In this document: positions 41,560-49,849 of the stretch, one piece after another | Position numbering within the stretch: the stretch's first letter is position 1 | Layout: each line of letters opens with the position of its first letter | Sequence record: LC494302.1 | DNA from: Escherichia phage SP27 | Strand: one strand, 5' to 3' | DNA: 64,000 nucleotides | The notes under the pieces: generated by a model | The model's input: the letters and a program-made list of their open reading frames with translations, nothing else | What the model was told of the DNA's origin: nothing | The model's database searches: none | Made by a program: the position numbers and the translations under genes

Positions 41560-41939
41560 TGCGTCAAATGCACAAAGTAACCGAGCTAAACAAGCGTCTG
41601 GTTAAACAATCAATGTTCGAGGATAAAGAGTCTTATTATAACTTTAAACGTGCAGTAGAGGCTGCTATCCACATTCAGAAGCTTAAAGAACGTGGTTGTA
41701 TTATTCTGGAAAATGGTTCGGAAGTTGTAACGGATGACTTTAGTGTAGCGTTTGATGTTTCACCTGACGGGACGCTATCAATGCCCCGCTTAGGAACTGG
41801 AAACATGACTGTTTGGGTTGGCTTCACTATGGGGAATGTACCTGGTACTGTGTACGTAGATGATGCGGAATTGAAAGACAGTTTCAAAAACTTATCGTAC
41901 CTTGAACCACAATACGCACATGAAATGAATTTATTTTGA
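41559..41939 (+). CDS. hypothetical protein
   Basis: Start at MRQMH, TAATG-coupled. Confidence 0.45.
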   Translation: MRQMHKVTELNKRLVKQSMFEDKESYYNFKRAVEAAIHIQKLKERGCIILENGSEVVTDDFSVAFDVSPDGTLSMPRLGTGNMTVWVGFTMGNVPGTVYVDDAELKDSFKNLSYLEPQYAHEMNLF

Positions 41940-41940
41940 G

Positions 41941-41969
41941 TTGACAAACACATTCAGTACTGTATAATG
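41941..41969 (+). promoter_or_regulatory. sigma70-like early promoter with CAGTACTG spacer
   Basis: TTGACA-aacacatTCAGTACTG-TATAAT. Confidence 0.55.
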
Positions 41970-42015
41970 TTTATCAAGGGGATGAACTTCTCATCCCCAC
42001 AATCGAGGAATTGTC

Positions 42016-42570
42016 ATGATTACTTTTAAGAAAACTGCTAACCACATCCATGAAATCTACATTAACGGTCACAAAGCTGGCCTTCTTCGTTTACTCGCCC
42101 ATCACCCTGATGCTACCGTATCTGATAATGAACCTAAAGATTGGCGTGTCTTTTTCTTTGGAAAGTACAGTGATTTTCAAGTATCAAACCTGAAGAACAT
42201 TCGTTCAGTATGCACGTTAACTGAAATTAAAGAAAAGTTAGCACAAGCATTGAAAACTAATCCAGATGGTGTTCTTCCACCTGATAACTTTGTAGAGAAA
42301 GGTTATGCCTTAGCTCATTTCAAAGATGGTACTATTCAATCTATCAGTACTGAATATGAATATCATTGGACTGAGTACTTCACTTATGGTTCGAGTAATA
42401 CATTGATGGATTCACGTAGTAAATTGGAAGAAGTACTGACTCGTATGAATGAACGCGAGCGTCAGTTATATGACAAACCAGAAATGTGGAGTTCAACTTA
42501 CATTGACCGTATTGACTATGTTATTATGACTCCAATCTTTGACACTGCTTACTATGATTCTTTGAAATAA
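42016..42570 (+). CDS. hypothetical protein
   Basis: 184 aa, GAGGAA RBS. Confidence 0.5.
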   Translation: MITFKKTANHIHEIYINGHKAGLLRLLAHHPDATVSDNEPKDWRVFFFGKYSDFQVSNLKNIRSVCTLTEIKEKLAQALKTNPDGVLPPDNFVEKGYALAHFKDGTIQSISTEYEYHWTEYFTYGSSNTLMDSRSKLEEVLTRMNERERQLYDKPEMWSSTYIDRIDYVIMTPIFDTAYYDSLK

Positions 42571-42581
42571 GGATAACTTAT

Positions 42582-42758
42582 ATGAAACTACGTACTCGTA
42601 ATCGACTGATGGATGCACTGTACCATGAACAGCTTTCACTGAATGAAGTGAAGCGTCAGTTAATGTACACATATCAGTTTCCCGCTCGCATTGCAAAACA
42701 ACGTGCTAAAGAATTGCTGAAAGAAGCAATAGAGTACTGGGAATCTGATTCGTACTAA
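42582..42758 (+). CDS. hypothetical small protein
   Basis: 58 aa basic ORF, AAGGATAA RBS. Confidence 0.3.
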   Translation: MKLRTRNRLMDALYHEQLSLNEVKRQLMYTYQFPARIAKQRAKELLKEAIEYWESDSY

Positions 42759-42797
42759 TATTACGTGATATGTCACGTTAATTAAGTGAGGCGATAA

Positions 42798-43049
42798 ATG
42801 AAAATATTATTAGTTCTAATACTACTAATAGTTTTACCATTTACTTTAGTATCCCCTGGACTTGCATGGAATGTATTTGTGTACTTAGTATGTACTATTG
42901 TAGTAAATGGTATCTTGTTCTTAGTTCTATTCATAAATGGAATAGGACACGGTGGAGGATGGACCAGTACTGCTGATATCGTACATAAAACCACTATGTC
43001 TTTATTTGTAATGTGGAATTTGTTCTGGACTTGGTTTGTGTTCTTCTAA
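42798..43049 (+). CDS. small membrane protein
   Basis: 83 aa, three hydrophobic helices, GTGAGGCG RBS. Confidence 0.4.
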   Translation: MKILLVLILLIVLPFTLVSPGLAWNVFVYLVCTIVVNGILFLVLFINGIGHGGGWTSTADIVHKTTMSLFVMWNLFWTWFVFF

Positions 43050-43057
43050 TTAAAAAT

Positions 43058-43429
43058 ATGAATATAGATTTGAAAGGTGCAACCCGAACTGTTATCCTCA
43101 TTGGGGAATACGCTATCAAGATTCCAACCTTCAAAAGCTGGAAGTTATTCCTAACTGGAATGATAGCTAACCTCAATGAACGTTCATGGATGCAGTACTC
43201 CAATCGTAGTGATAGTGGTATCTGCCCTACTTTGTGGTCATCATGTACAGGACTAGTAACTGTACAGAAACGTTGTAAGCCAGTTCAACATAGGGGTTTA
43301 TTTTGGGTGGAGTTGTGTGCTTTAGCATTGAATTCAGAGTTAAGTACTGACTTCTTTTATTCAGATGCGAAGCCAGAAAACTTTGGTTATCTGAATGGTA
43401 AGTTAGTTAAACTTGATTATGGAGATTAA
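43058..43429 (+). CDS. truncated eukaryotic-like protein-kinase-fold protein
   Basis: GEYAIKIP (VAIK-like), SDAKPENFG (HRDxKPEN-like), KLVKLDYG (DFG-like); ORF stops two residues after DYG. Confidence 0.5.
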   Translation: MNIDLKGATRTVILIGEYAIKIPTFKSWKLFLTGMIANLNERSWMQYSNRSDSGICPTLWSSCTGLVTVQKRCKPVQHRGLFWVELCALALNSELSTDFFYSDAKPENFGYLNGKLVKLDYGD

Positions 43430-43430
43430 G

Positions 43431-43700
43431 ATGTACGCACTGTATAATAAAGAAAAGAAACGATTTGCTAAGGTTGAAATTTCGATTGATACCTTTGATA
43501 TGTTGGAGTACTGTATTGTGACGGACCTATATGCTAACTTGTATTACGTTCTTGATGACGTATCAGTACTGCAACGATTGCTTGAGAATTCCAAAAGTCA
43601 ATGCCAGGGCATCCATGATGGTTCATCTTATGAAACACCTGAGTGTTCCTACGGCTATCTGGACGGGTATGAGATTGTGAAGTTGGGGATTGTTGAATAA
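43431..43700 (+). CDS. hypothetical protein
   Basis: 89 aa, follows kinase-like ORF. Confidence 0.4.
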   Translation: MYALYNKEKKRFAKVEISIDTFDMLEYCIVTDLYANLYYVLDDVSVLQRLLENSKSQCQGIHDGSSYETPECSYGYLDGYEIVKLGIVE

Positions 43701-43703
43701 AGA

Positions 43704-43739
43704 AAAGGGTTGACTACGGTCAGCCCTTTTTGCTATAAT
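43704..43739 (+). promoter_or_regulatory. PeSL-like terminator/promoter hybrid
   Basis: AAAAGGGTTGAC-tacg-GTCAGCCCTTTTT; TTGACT-18-TATAAT. Confidence 0.65.
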
Positions 43740-43767
43740 CATTTCATCGAAACGAGAGGATGAATAC

Positions 43768-44283
43768 ATGACACGCATTAACTTAGTACACGTTAAAGAA
43801 CTTGCTGACCAACATCTGATGGCTGAATATCGTGAACTCCCACGTGTATTTGGTGCTGTACAAAAACACGTTCAAGCACGTAAGCGTGTACGTGATTTCA
43901 AAATTAACAGTACTTATCTGTTAGGTTCAGGTCATGTGACATTCTTTTACGACAAGTTGCTGTACTTACAGAAGCGTCATATCGATATTGTTAACGAATG
44001 TTTGCGTCGTGGTATGAAGATTCAAAACACTGAAGTAAACGACATTAGCGGCTTCCCTGCTGAGTTTTGTAATGACTACGTACCAACGGAGTCAGAGATT
44101 AAAATGTCTCGTGATCGTTTGATTGAGAAGCTCCAGATGAAGCCTACGTGGTATAAGTTTACTGATGTTGAATGTCCACAGTACGTTAAAGATATGCAGA
44201 ACGTAAGTAGTAAGAACGAATCTAGTACTGATATGTTCGACGAAATTGAAGAACAAATCAAAGATGAAATGAATAATTATTAA
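43768..44283 (+). CDS. denV: endonuclease V (pyrimidine-dimer DNA glycosylase/AP lyase)
   Basis: [50 protein letters not shown] matches T4 endonuclease V as I recall it over most of its length. Confidence 0.8.
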   Translation: MTRINLVHVKELADQHLMAEYRELPRVFGAVQKHVQARKRVRDFKINSTYLLGSGHVTFFYDKLLYLQKRHIDIVNECLRRGMKIQNTEVNDISGFPAEFCNDYVPTESEIKMSRDRLIEKLQMKPTWYKFTDVECPQYVKDMQNVSSKNESSTDMFDEIEEQIKDEMNNY

Positions 44284-44287
44284 AGGA

Positions 44288-44304
44288 AAGGGTTGACTTC
44301 GGTT
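44288..44304 (+). repeat. truncated PeSL remnant (5' arm only)
   Basis: AAGGGTTGACTTCGGTT then unrelated sequence. Confidence 0.45.
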
Positions 44305-44321
44305 ACACAAAGGAACATAAC

Positions 44322-44516
44322 ATGTTATTAGTATATTCAACGCGTTTCTGGATTTCTTTTATTGTACTATCGCTAATCGGCTTCGGTTTGAGTATACTCT
44401 TTTCGTGGGATGAATTGGGTACATGGTATTATGAAGTCCCGTGGTACATGAAGATAGCTCCTTGTTATGCGGCATTGTTCGTGTCATTCCTTATTGTTGT
44501 CTTCAGCGAGGATTAG
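44322..44516 (+). CDS. small membrane protein
   Basis: 64 aa; PWYMK motif shared with array B member at 46911. Confidence 0.4.
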   Translation: MLLVYSTRFWISFIVLSLIGFGLSILFSWDELGTWYYEVPWYMKIAPCYAALFVSFLIVVFSED

Positions 44517-44622
44517 TTGATGTAGTATGTGCTACACCAAAGTATTTGGATATTTTAGATATAAACATTGACACCTGTTATATCTTTCTGTATTATGTAC
44601 ATCACCAAATGAGGAATACAAC

Positions 44623-44982
44623 ATGGCATCTTTAAGTGAAATCGCAGAATACAACCCACTAACAATCTCAACAATTCAACGTACAAAAACTTTTTATTTC
44701 CGTCCTGCTGATGGATGGAAACGTGGAATGAATGGTGACTATCGAGTACTGGAAGATTCACTAATCGAGCGTATCAACTCTGAACTACAGAAGTATGAAG
44801 GTGTTAAAGTTGTGCGTTCAACTTCTCGTTATTTTGAGTACTACATTGAGTCTTCAACTGTAAATGAAAACTCATCATTATCGGTGGACAACACTGATAT
44901 TCTTCGTAATGCAGTTGGTATGTTATGCAACATTGCAGAAGAAATGGGATTAACTATTAGTACTATGAGTGAGTTGGAATAA
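44623..44982 (+). CDS. hypothetical protein
   Basis: 119 aa, GAGGAATA RBS. Confidence 0.5.
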   Translation: MASLSEIAEYNPLTISTIQRTKTFYFRPADGWKRGMNGDYRVLEDSLIERINSELQKYEGVKVVRSTSRYFEYYIESSTVNENSSLSVDNTDILRNAVGMLCNIAEEMGLTISTMSELE

Positions 44983-44984
44983 CA

Positions 44985-45020
44985 TAAAGGGTTGACTTCG
45001 GTCAGCCCTTTTTGCTATAA
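44985..45020 (+). promoter_or_regulatory. PeSL-like terminator/promoter hybrid
   Basis: AAAGGGTTGAC-ttcg-GTCAGCCCTTTTT; TTGACT-18-TATAAT. Confidence 0.65.
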
Positions 45021-45049
45021 TTATTTCATCAACTGAAGAGGGTAAAGAA

Positions 45050-45820
45050 ATGACCAGAGAAGCACGCAGCATTCAAATTCAGAAAAACTTCAACTCCATG
45101 ATGGTTGCTCTTGAGTGTTTGCTCGATGATAGCAGTACTGTAAAAAGTATGGTTGTCAGTGGTGCTCCTGGTGTTGGTAAGACTTACACCTTGTCCCAAC
45201 GTCTCCAGAAGGCTCATGACGCAGCAGAATGGAACGTAGCTACTATCAGTGGTAAGATGACTACACTGGCTCTGTACGAAGTTCTGTACAAGAATCGTCA
45301 CAGCACCAACGTGTTAGTACTGGATGATATGGACAGCATCTTTGATTCTGAAGACGGTATGAACCTGCTCAAAGCTGTTTTGGATAGTGGTAAGCGTACT
45401 GTATCTTATATGACTAGCTCTAAGTACTTGAGCACTAACGGCATTCCTAATAGCTTTGATTTTAATGGTCGCATCGTATTCATTACTAACAAAGATTTAG
45501 CGTTAGATGCTAAAGCTAAAACTAAAATGTCTGCTCATTATGCTGCTCTTATGTCTCGTTCTGTGTACGTGGATTTACAGATTCAGACTAAAAGTGATAT
45601 CATGATTCATATTGAAAATGTAATGACTAAGACTAATATCCTTGCATCTAAAGGTGTTAACAGTAACGGTAGTAAAGCAATTCTGAACTGGATGTTAAAA
45701 CATGAAGATAATCTTCGTGCACCATCCCTGCGTATGCCTTTGTTGATTTCAGCAGTATATAACAACAATCCGTATGATTGGGAAGAACAATGTGAAAACT
45801 TGTTCCTTGAGAAAATCTAA
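45050..45820 (+). CDS. P-loop NTPase (AAA+-like)
   Basis: Walker A GAPGVGKT, Walker B-like VLVLDDMD. Confidence 0.55.
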   Translation: MTREARSIQIQKNFNSMMVALECLLDDSSTVKSMVVSGAPGVGKTYTLSQRLQKAHDAAEWNVATISGKMTTLALYEVLYKNRHSTNVLVLDDMDSIFDSEDGMNLLKAVLDSGKRTVSYMTSSKYLSTNGIPNSFDFNGRIVFITNKDLALDAKAKTKMSAHYAALMSRSVYVDLQIQTKSDIMIHIENVMTKTNILASKGVNSNGSKAILNWMLKHEDNLRAPSLRMPLLISAVYNNNPYDWEEQCENLFLEKI

Positions 45821-45829
45821 TTACATATG

Positions 45830-45861
45830 TTGACAGTACTACCATAGTGTAGTACTATAAC
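45830..45861 (+). promoter_or_regulatory. promoter-like element
   Basis: TTGACAGTACT ... GTAGTACTATAAC; -10 ambiguous. Confidence 0.35.
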
Positions 45862-45887
45862 TTAATATTCACCACCGGAGATACGAT

Positions 45888-46229
45888 ATGCTTGAGTTTT
45901 TTAATTCAGATACAATGCTTGGTATCACGCTAATTTACATGTTTGTATTCTTGTTTTATCATTCAATTGTAATTAGTCTTTGGTATTTTAAAAGGAAAGT
46001 TGTTTTTAAATTGTATTCGTATGATAATGTACTCTTAGTAGTATATAGCATTATACAAGGTGGGTTTATTTTATTTGGTGTGATGACATATGTGATTTAC
46101 ATGTTACAAATTGATAATACACCACACATTACACAATATGTTGTGTTTTCAGGACTAATCGTCTGGTTATTGGTGTGTACTCTGTATTTTATTATTAAAG
46201 CTCGTGATAACTTTAAATGGGGATTCTAA
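45888..46229 (+). CDS. small multi-TM protein, array B member 1
   Basis: MLEFFNSDTMLGITLIYMF; 113 aa. Confidence 0.5.
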   Translation: MLEFFNSDTMLGITLIYMFVFLFYHSIVISLWYFKRKVVFKLYSYDNVLLVVYSIIQGGFILFGVMTYVIYMLQIDNTPHITQYVVFSGLIVWLLVCTLYFIIKARDNFKWGF

Positions 46230-46567
46230 TGTTAGAATTTTTTAAATCAGATACAATGATTAGTATTACTTTGATTTATCTGTTTGGTTTTTTCTTTTAT
46301 CATGCACTAGTTGTAGTACTATGGTATTTTAAAAAGAAAATTGTTTTTAAACTGTATCCAGTGAGGAATTCATCACTAGTTCTTTACACACTTGTTCAAG
46401 GTTTGTTTGCAATTGTTGGTCTTATGGCACACTTAATTTATTGTGCCAATCCTCACTTGAACTCAATCTCACAATATATTGTATTCTTTGGGTTGTTCAT
46501 TTGGTTAGTTGTATACTTAATCCATCTCATTATTCATGGTAGAGATAAAATTCGCGGAGACTTCTAA
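46229..46567 (+). CDS. small multi-TM protein, array B member 2
   Basis: MLEFFKSDTMISITLIYLF, clear paralog; TAATG coupling. Confidence 0.5.
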   Translation: MLEFFKSDTMISITLIYLFGFFFYHALVVVLWYFKKKIVFKLYPVRNSSLVLYTLVQGLFAIVGLMAHLIYCANPHLNSISQYIVFFGLFIWLVVYLIHLIIHGRDKIRGDF

Positions 46568-46914
46568 TGTTTGAAGCTTATCTTGAGTTTTTAAGGAGTA
46601 GTCCAGTTGCACATTCACTTGCAGGGATTATTCTAACAACTTATGTATCATTTTGGGTAGTTATGTTTCTAGGATGGTATTTTAAACGACAATTCTATAA
46701 ACGTAATGGTGAAGATTTTATGAATTCTGTCATTAATCAATCGTTGTTTGCATCAACATTGATTGCATGTATTGTAGCAACACTCACAGGAAAGGTACTA
46801 CCAGCTTTTTCCGCAGTTTACGGCACACTTGGGATGATATGTTTAACTTTTATATTGACCATTAAAATTTGTTGTGTTATGATTGAACTTCGAAATAAGA
46901 TACCGGAGGAATGA
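46567..46914 (+). CDS. small multi-TM protein, array B member 3
   Basis: Hydrophobic, tail ELRNKIPEE. Confidence 0.5.
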   Translation: MFEAYLEFLRSSPVAHSLAGIILTTYVSFWVVMFLGWYFKRQFYKRNGEDFMNSVINQSLFASTLIACIVATLTGKVLPAFSAVYGTLGMICLTFILTIKICCVMIELRNKIPEE

Positions 46915-47249
46915 TGGAGTACTTTATTGATTTACTGCCGTGGTATATGAAAGTTAGTACCATGTACTATATTATTAGTGCTGGATTCTACTTTCTGATG
47001 TGGTTCTTTAAACGACCAATTTCAGTATTCATCGCTGATAACATGTTGCAATTAAAATTACACGCATGGTTTGGTATGGCGATGATTATGCCTATTATTC
47101 ACTACTCAATGATTAGTAGAGGTTTCCGTTCTAATGGTGAACCAATTGTATTAGTATTCTATTGGGGTTCAACTATTGCATATGTAAGTTTGTTGTTGTT
47201 CCCAGTCGTTCATAAGTTACGTGCTAAAGTTCCTGATGCGAGGTACTAA
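46911..47249 (+). CDS. small multi-TM protein, array B member 4
   Basis: Tail KLRAKVPDARY. Confidence 0.5.
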   Translation: MMEYFIDLLPWYMKVSTMYYIISAGFYFLMWFFKRPISVFIADNMLQLKLHAWFGMAMIMPIIHYSMISRGFRSNGEPIVLVFYWGSTIAYVSLLLFPVVHKLRAKVPDARY

Positions 47250-47563
47250 TGGATATAGTAACATTGATTTACACGTTGTATTCATTCTATTTCATTATGT
47301 GTTGGGTTGGATTTTTATTTGTACTCAAGATGTTTGATTATGTTGAAAAACAGATAAAAGAATTTTGTATTCCTTTTATCGGTTCAACCATTATTAGTGT
47401 TTCTTGTGTGTATTTTTTGGTTTTTGATCCACCAGATAACACTGCAATGATTGACTTGATGTTACTACCAACAACTGTTACTTTTTTATGTAGTCTGATG
47501 CCGCCGATTAGCCGTGGACTAACAGAATTTAGACGCAATCAAAAGCGTAAACGAGGGATGTAA
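47249..47563 (+). CDS. small multi-TM protein, array B member 5
   Basis: Basic tail RRNQKRKRGM. Confidence 0.5.
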   Translation: MDIVTLIYTLYSFYFIMCWVGFLFVLKMFDYVEKQIKEFCIPFIGSTIISVSCVYFLVFDPPDNTAMIDLMLLPTTVTFLCSLMPPISRGLTEFRRNQKRKRGM

Positions 47564-47931
47564 TGGAAATTGCTCTTATTATCTTAACTGCTATGCTGTT
47601 TATTAGTACTGTGGTTATAATTGGTAAATTCTTTTGTGTATCATTTTTAGAAACGGTATACGATGAAATTGCTGATGATTATGAATTACAAGCCGGATTT
47701 TTCATTACGTATTGGCTTAGTTTATTTTGTCTAGTCATTGCTTGGATTTTACATATCTTTAAATGGGGTATGGTAGACGGTGATCCTATTATGGCAATTA
47801 TTGTTCTAGTGTTTGGTATCCTTGGTGGTGCAGTGCATAATCTAATGGTTATCTGGCAAACTGTTCAATATGTTTTGGTTCCCTATTTCGAAAAGATGCA
47901 CAGTACAATTAAAAAACGTAAACGAGGTTAG
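47563..47931 (+). CDS. small multi-TM protein, array B member 6
   Basis: Basic tail KKRKRG. Confidence 0.5.
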   Translation: MEIALIILTAMLFISTVVIIGKFFCVSFLETVYDEIADDYELQAGFFITYWLSLFCLVIAWILHIFKWGMVDGDPIMAIIVLVFGILGGAVHNLMVIWQTVQYVLVPYFEKMHSTIKKRKRG

Positions 47932-47932
47932 T

Positions 47933-48295
47933 ATGAACGGGATAGAATTATCTTTCGTTGGTCAATTACTAGTAATGGCGTATACATTTATCTTCTCACT
48001 GAATGCATTCGTGTGCATTGGGAAGTACTTCCATAAGCGACCATTATCAAATATATATGATGTAATCCAAAAGAGATATAGTCCAGCATATACTGTGTTG
48101 GGTACAGTATTCAATTTTGGTTTTATTGTATTAATAATTGGACTGTTCACATCCTCTTTGAATACAATAACCTTCGGTCTTATGATATGTTCATTGGTAT
48201 TAGCCGTAATTATATGTTGTTTAGTACTGCACCTTGTGGTACTATTGTATATAAAGATCTCTGAAATCCACCAACGTTTGGGTATGAGGAAATAA
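47933..48295 (+). CDS. small multi-TM protein, array B member 7
   Basis: Start at MNGIELSF after GAGGT. Confidence 0.45.
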   Translation: MNGIELSFVGQLLVMAYTFIFSLNAFVCIGKYFHKRPLSNIYDVIQKRYSPAYTVLGTVFNFGFIVLIIGLFTSSLNTITFGLMICSLVLAVIICCLVLHLVVLLYIKISEIHQRLGMRK

Positions 48296-48296
48296 T

Positions 48297-48668
48297 ATGA
48301 GTTACCGTGAGATATTTTCCATTATTTCAATTATTATGTTCAGTACTGGAACACTGGTATGGTTATTATACTTCTTCTGTATTAATCCAGTGTATAATAT
48401 GTTATGTAATATTAAATCAAGTGCCGGATATATCACTTTTATGGTCTTTATGGGATATTATTGTCTAAGCATTTTAGGTGTTGTTTTGGTTGTTATATTT
48501 GATGTGGGACCAAATAGTGATGGTATGGAAATACATGAATTAATAACCATGTTTGGATGTATGATACCAACAGCACTACTGTTTGTAGCTACTGGTAGTG
48601 GATTGATAAAATTATATAATTATTTAAAATCCATTCATAATTCCATTCATAATAAGCGTATGTCATAA
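48297..48668 (+). CDS. small multi-TM protein, array B member 8
   Basis: 123 aa, tail NKRMS. Confidence 0.5.
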   Translation: MSYREIFSIISIIMFSTGTLVWLLYFFCINPVYNMLCNIKSSAGYITFMVFMGYYCLSILGVVLVVIFDVGPNSDGMEIHELITMFGCMIPTALLFVATGSGLIKLYNYLKSIHNSIHNKRMS

Positions 48669-48698
48669 TAAAAAATCCAGTACTATTAAGTACTGGAT
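48667..48698 (-). terminator. hairpin with T-run on minus strand
   Basis: TCCAGTACT-attaa-GTACTGGA; T6 follows only on the minus-strand reading. Confidence 0.4.
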
Positions 48699-48710
48699 GT
48701 ATAAGGAGTT

Positions 48711-49373
48711 ATGATGAAATCAAAATTAGGTTTGTTTTATAAAAACTATTTTGTTAAACAACGTAAATTTATAAAAAAATATTTCTCTGGCGAGAAGTCT
48801 AGTCCTATAATCTTTAAAAGACCAAGTTATAATACTTACTTAGCTGGTGCTAAACAGTCTAAGAAATTTATTACTCTTTTACATAAAAACAAAATTAAAG
48901 CTTCTTATGTTGAAACGAGAAGAAACTCATCAATAACTCCTGGTGATTTTATTGAGTACGGATGTTTCAATATTAAGTACAATGATAATACATACTTTAT
49001 GGATATTGATTGTAATACATCCAATCTTTTTAACATTGTAGTAAATCCATTAAAACAATATAATGTTTATGGTGATTCTATTATCAAATTAATCAAAAAC
49101 AAAGATAGCTTTGATTTTGAAATAAATGTTTTAGATGATAATTTTGACGAAGTACCAGTAAACCCTGAAATCTGTGATATTTTAAACAGTTTAAAAGGTA
49201 GTACCTACACTATATCATCTGATTTAATGTTTCAGTACTCATTAATCCATAAAGATATTGAAAAGTATATTGAATGCTCCAGAATTTTGAATTTTCTCTA
49301 TGATGAATTTAAAAAGAGTTCTAAAATAACTGCATACACTTTGTACAATATTCCTAAAATGGTGAATCTTTAA
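48711..49373 (+). CDS. hypothetical protein (last plus-strand gene, convergent with array)
   Basis: 220 aa, AAGGAG RBS; 3' end overlaps degenerate array member. Confidence 0.5.
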   Translation: MMKSKLGLFYKNYFVKQRKFIKKYFSGEKSSPIIFKRPSYNTYLAGAKQSKKFITLLHKNKIKASYVETRRNSSITPGDFIEYGCFNIKYNDNTYFMDIDCNTSNLFNIVVNPLKQYNVYGDSIIKLIKNKDSFDFEINVLDDNFDEVPVNPEICDILNSLKGSTYTISSDLMFQYSLIHKDIEKYIECSRILNFLYDEFKKSSKITAYTLYNIPKMVNL

Positions 49374-49776
49374 CAAATACAGTACTGGCAACTCCACCGT
49401 CTGTAATATATTGTCCAGTACTGTAAATTTGTATACCATCGGTTAAGTAAGTTCTGTATAAAGTTGCTGTAACATATACGTTATTCATATTCATCTCTAT
49501 TGGTAGTACACATTTGGTATAGGCCGACACATCTGTTTGTGTACCTATACCCAATTGACCTGCGTTATCGCCTGTGTTATTACCAGTTGCGTAAACACCC
49601 AATGAAGTTATAATATGATTAGAAAAATATGAATAACCCAAACTCTTGAGATTCTCTACTGTACAACGTACCATCTGACATAAGGGCAAAAACTGTTGTA
49701 TCAGATGAAGCTATTTTTGTTACAGAAGGTTGTATGTTCTGTTTTGATGATGTGATAATTCTTCGAAAGGGTAGCA
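49354..49776 (-). pseudogene. degenerate/frameshifted member of MLPF-propeller array
   Basis: Starts MLPFRRI after diverged cassette, stops after ~50 codons; another frame continues with GDNAGQLGIGTQ. Confidence 0.5.
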
Positions 49777-49849
49777 TTGTATCCTCCAAATGTAAATCGT
49801 TATTATATTTAGGACAAAAAAATGCCAGTACAAGGCACTGGCATAAAAT
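49777..49849 (-). promoter_or_regulatory. array cassette (diverged)
   Basis: Hairpin GCCAGTGCCTTGTACTGGC, TATAAT, GGAGGA RBS. Confidence 0.45.

Noticed and set aside
33356-45020. PeSL-like repeats as inverted repeats of an IS or transposon
   Set aside because: No transposase or integrase ORF; elements are about 30 bp, sit exactly between stop and start codons and carry promoter hexamers.
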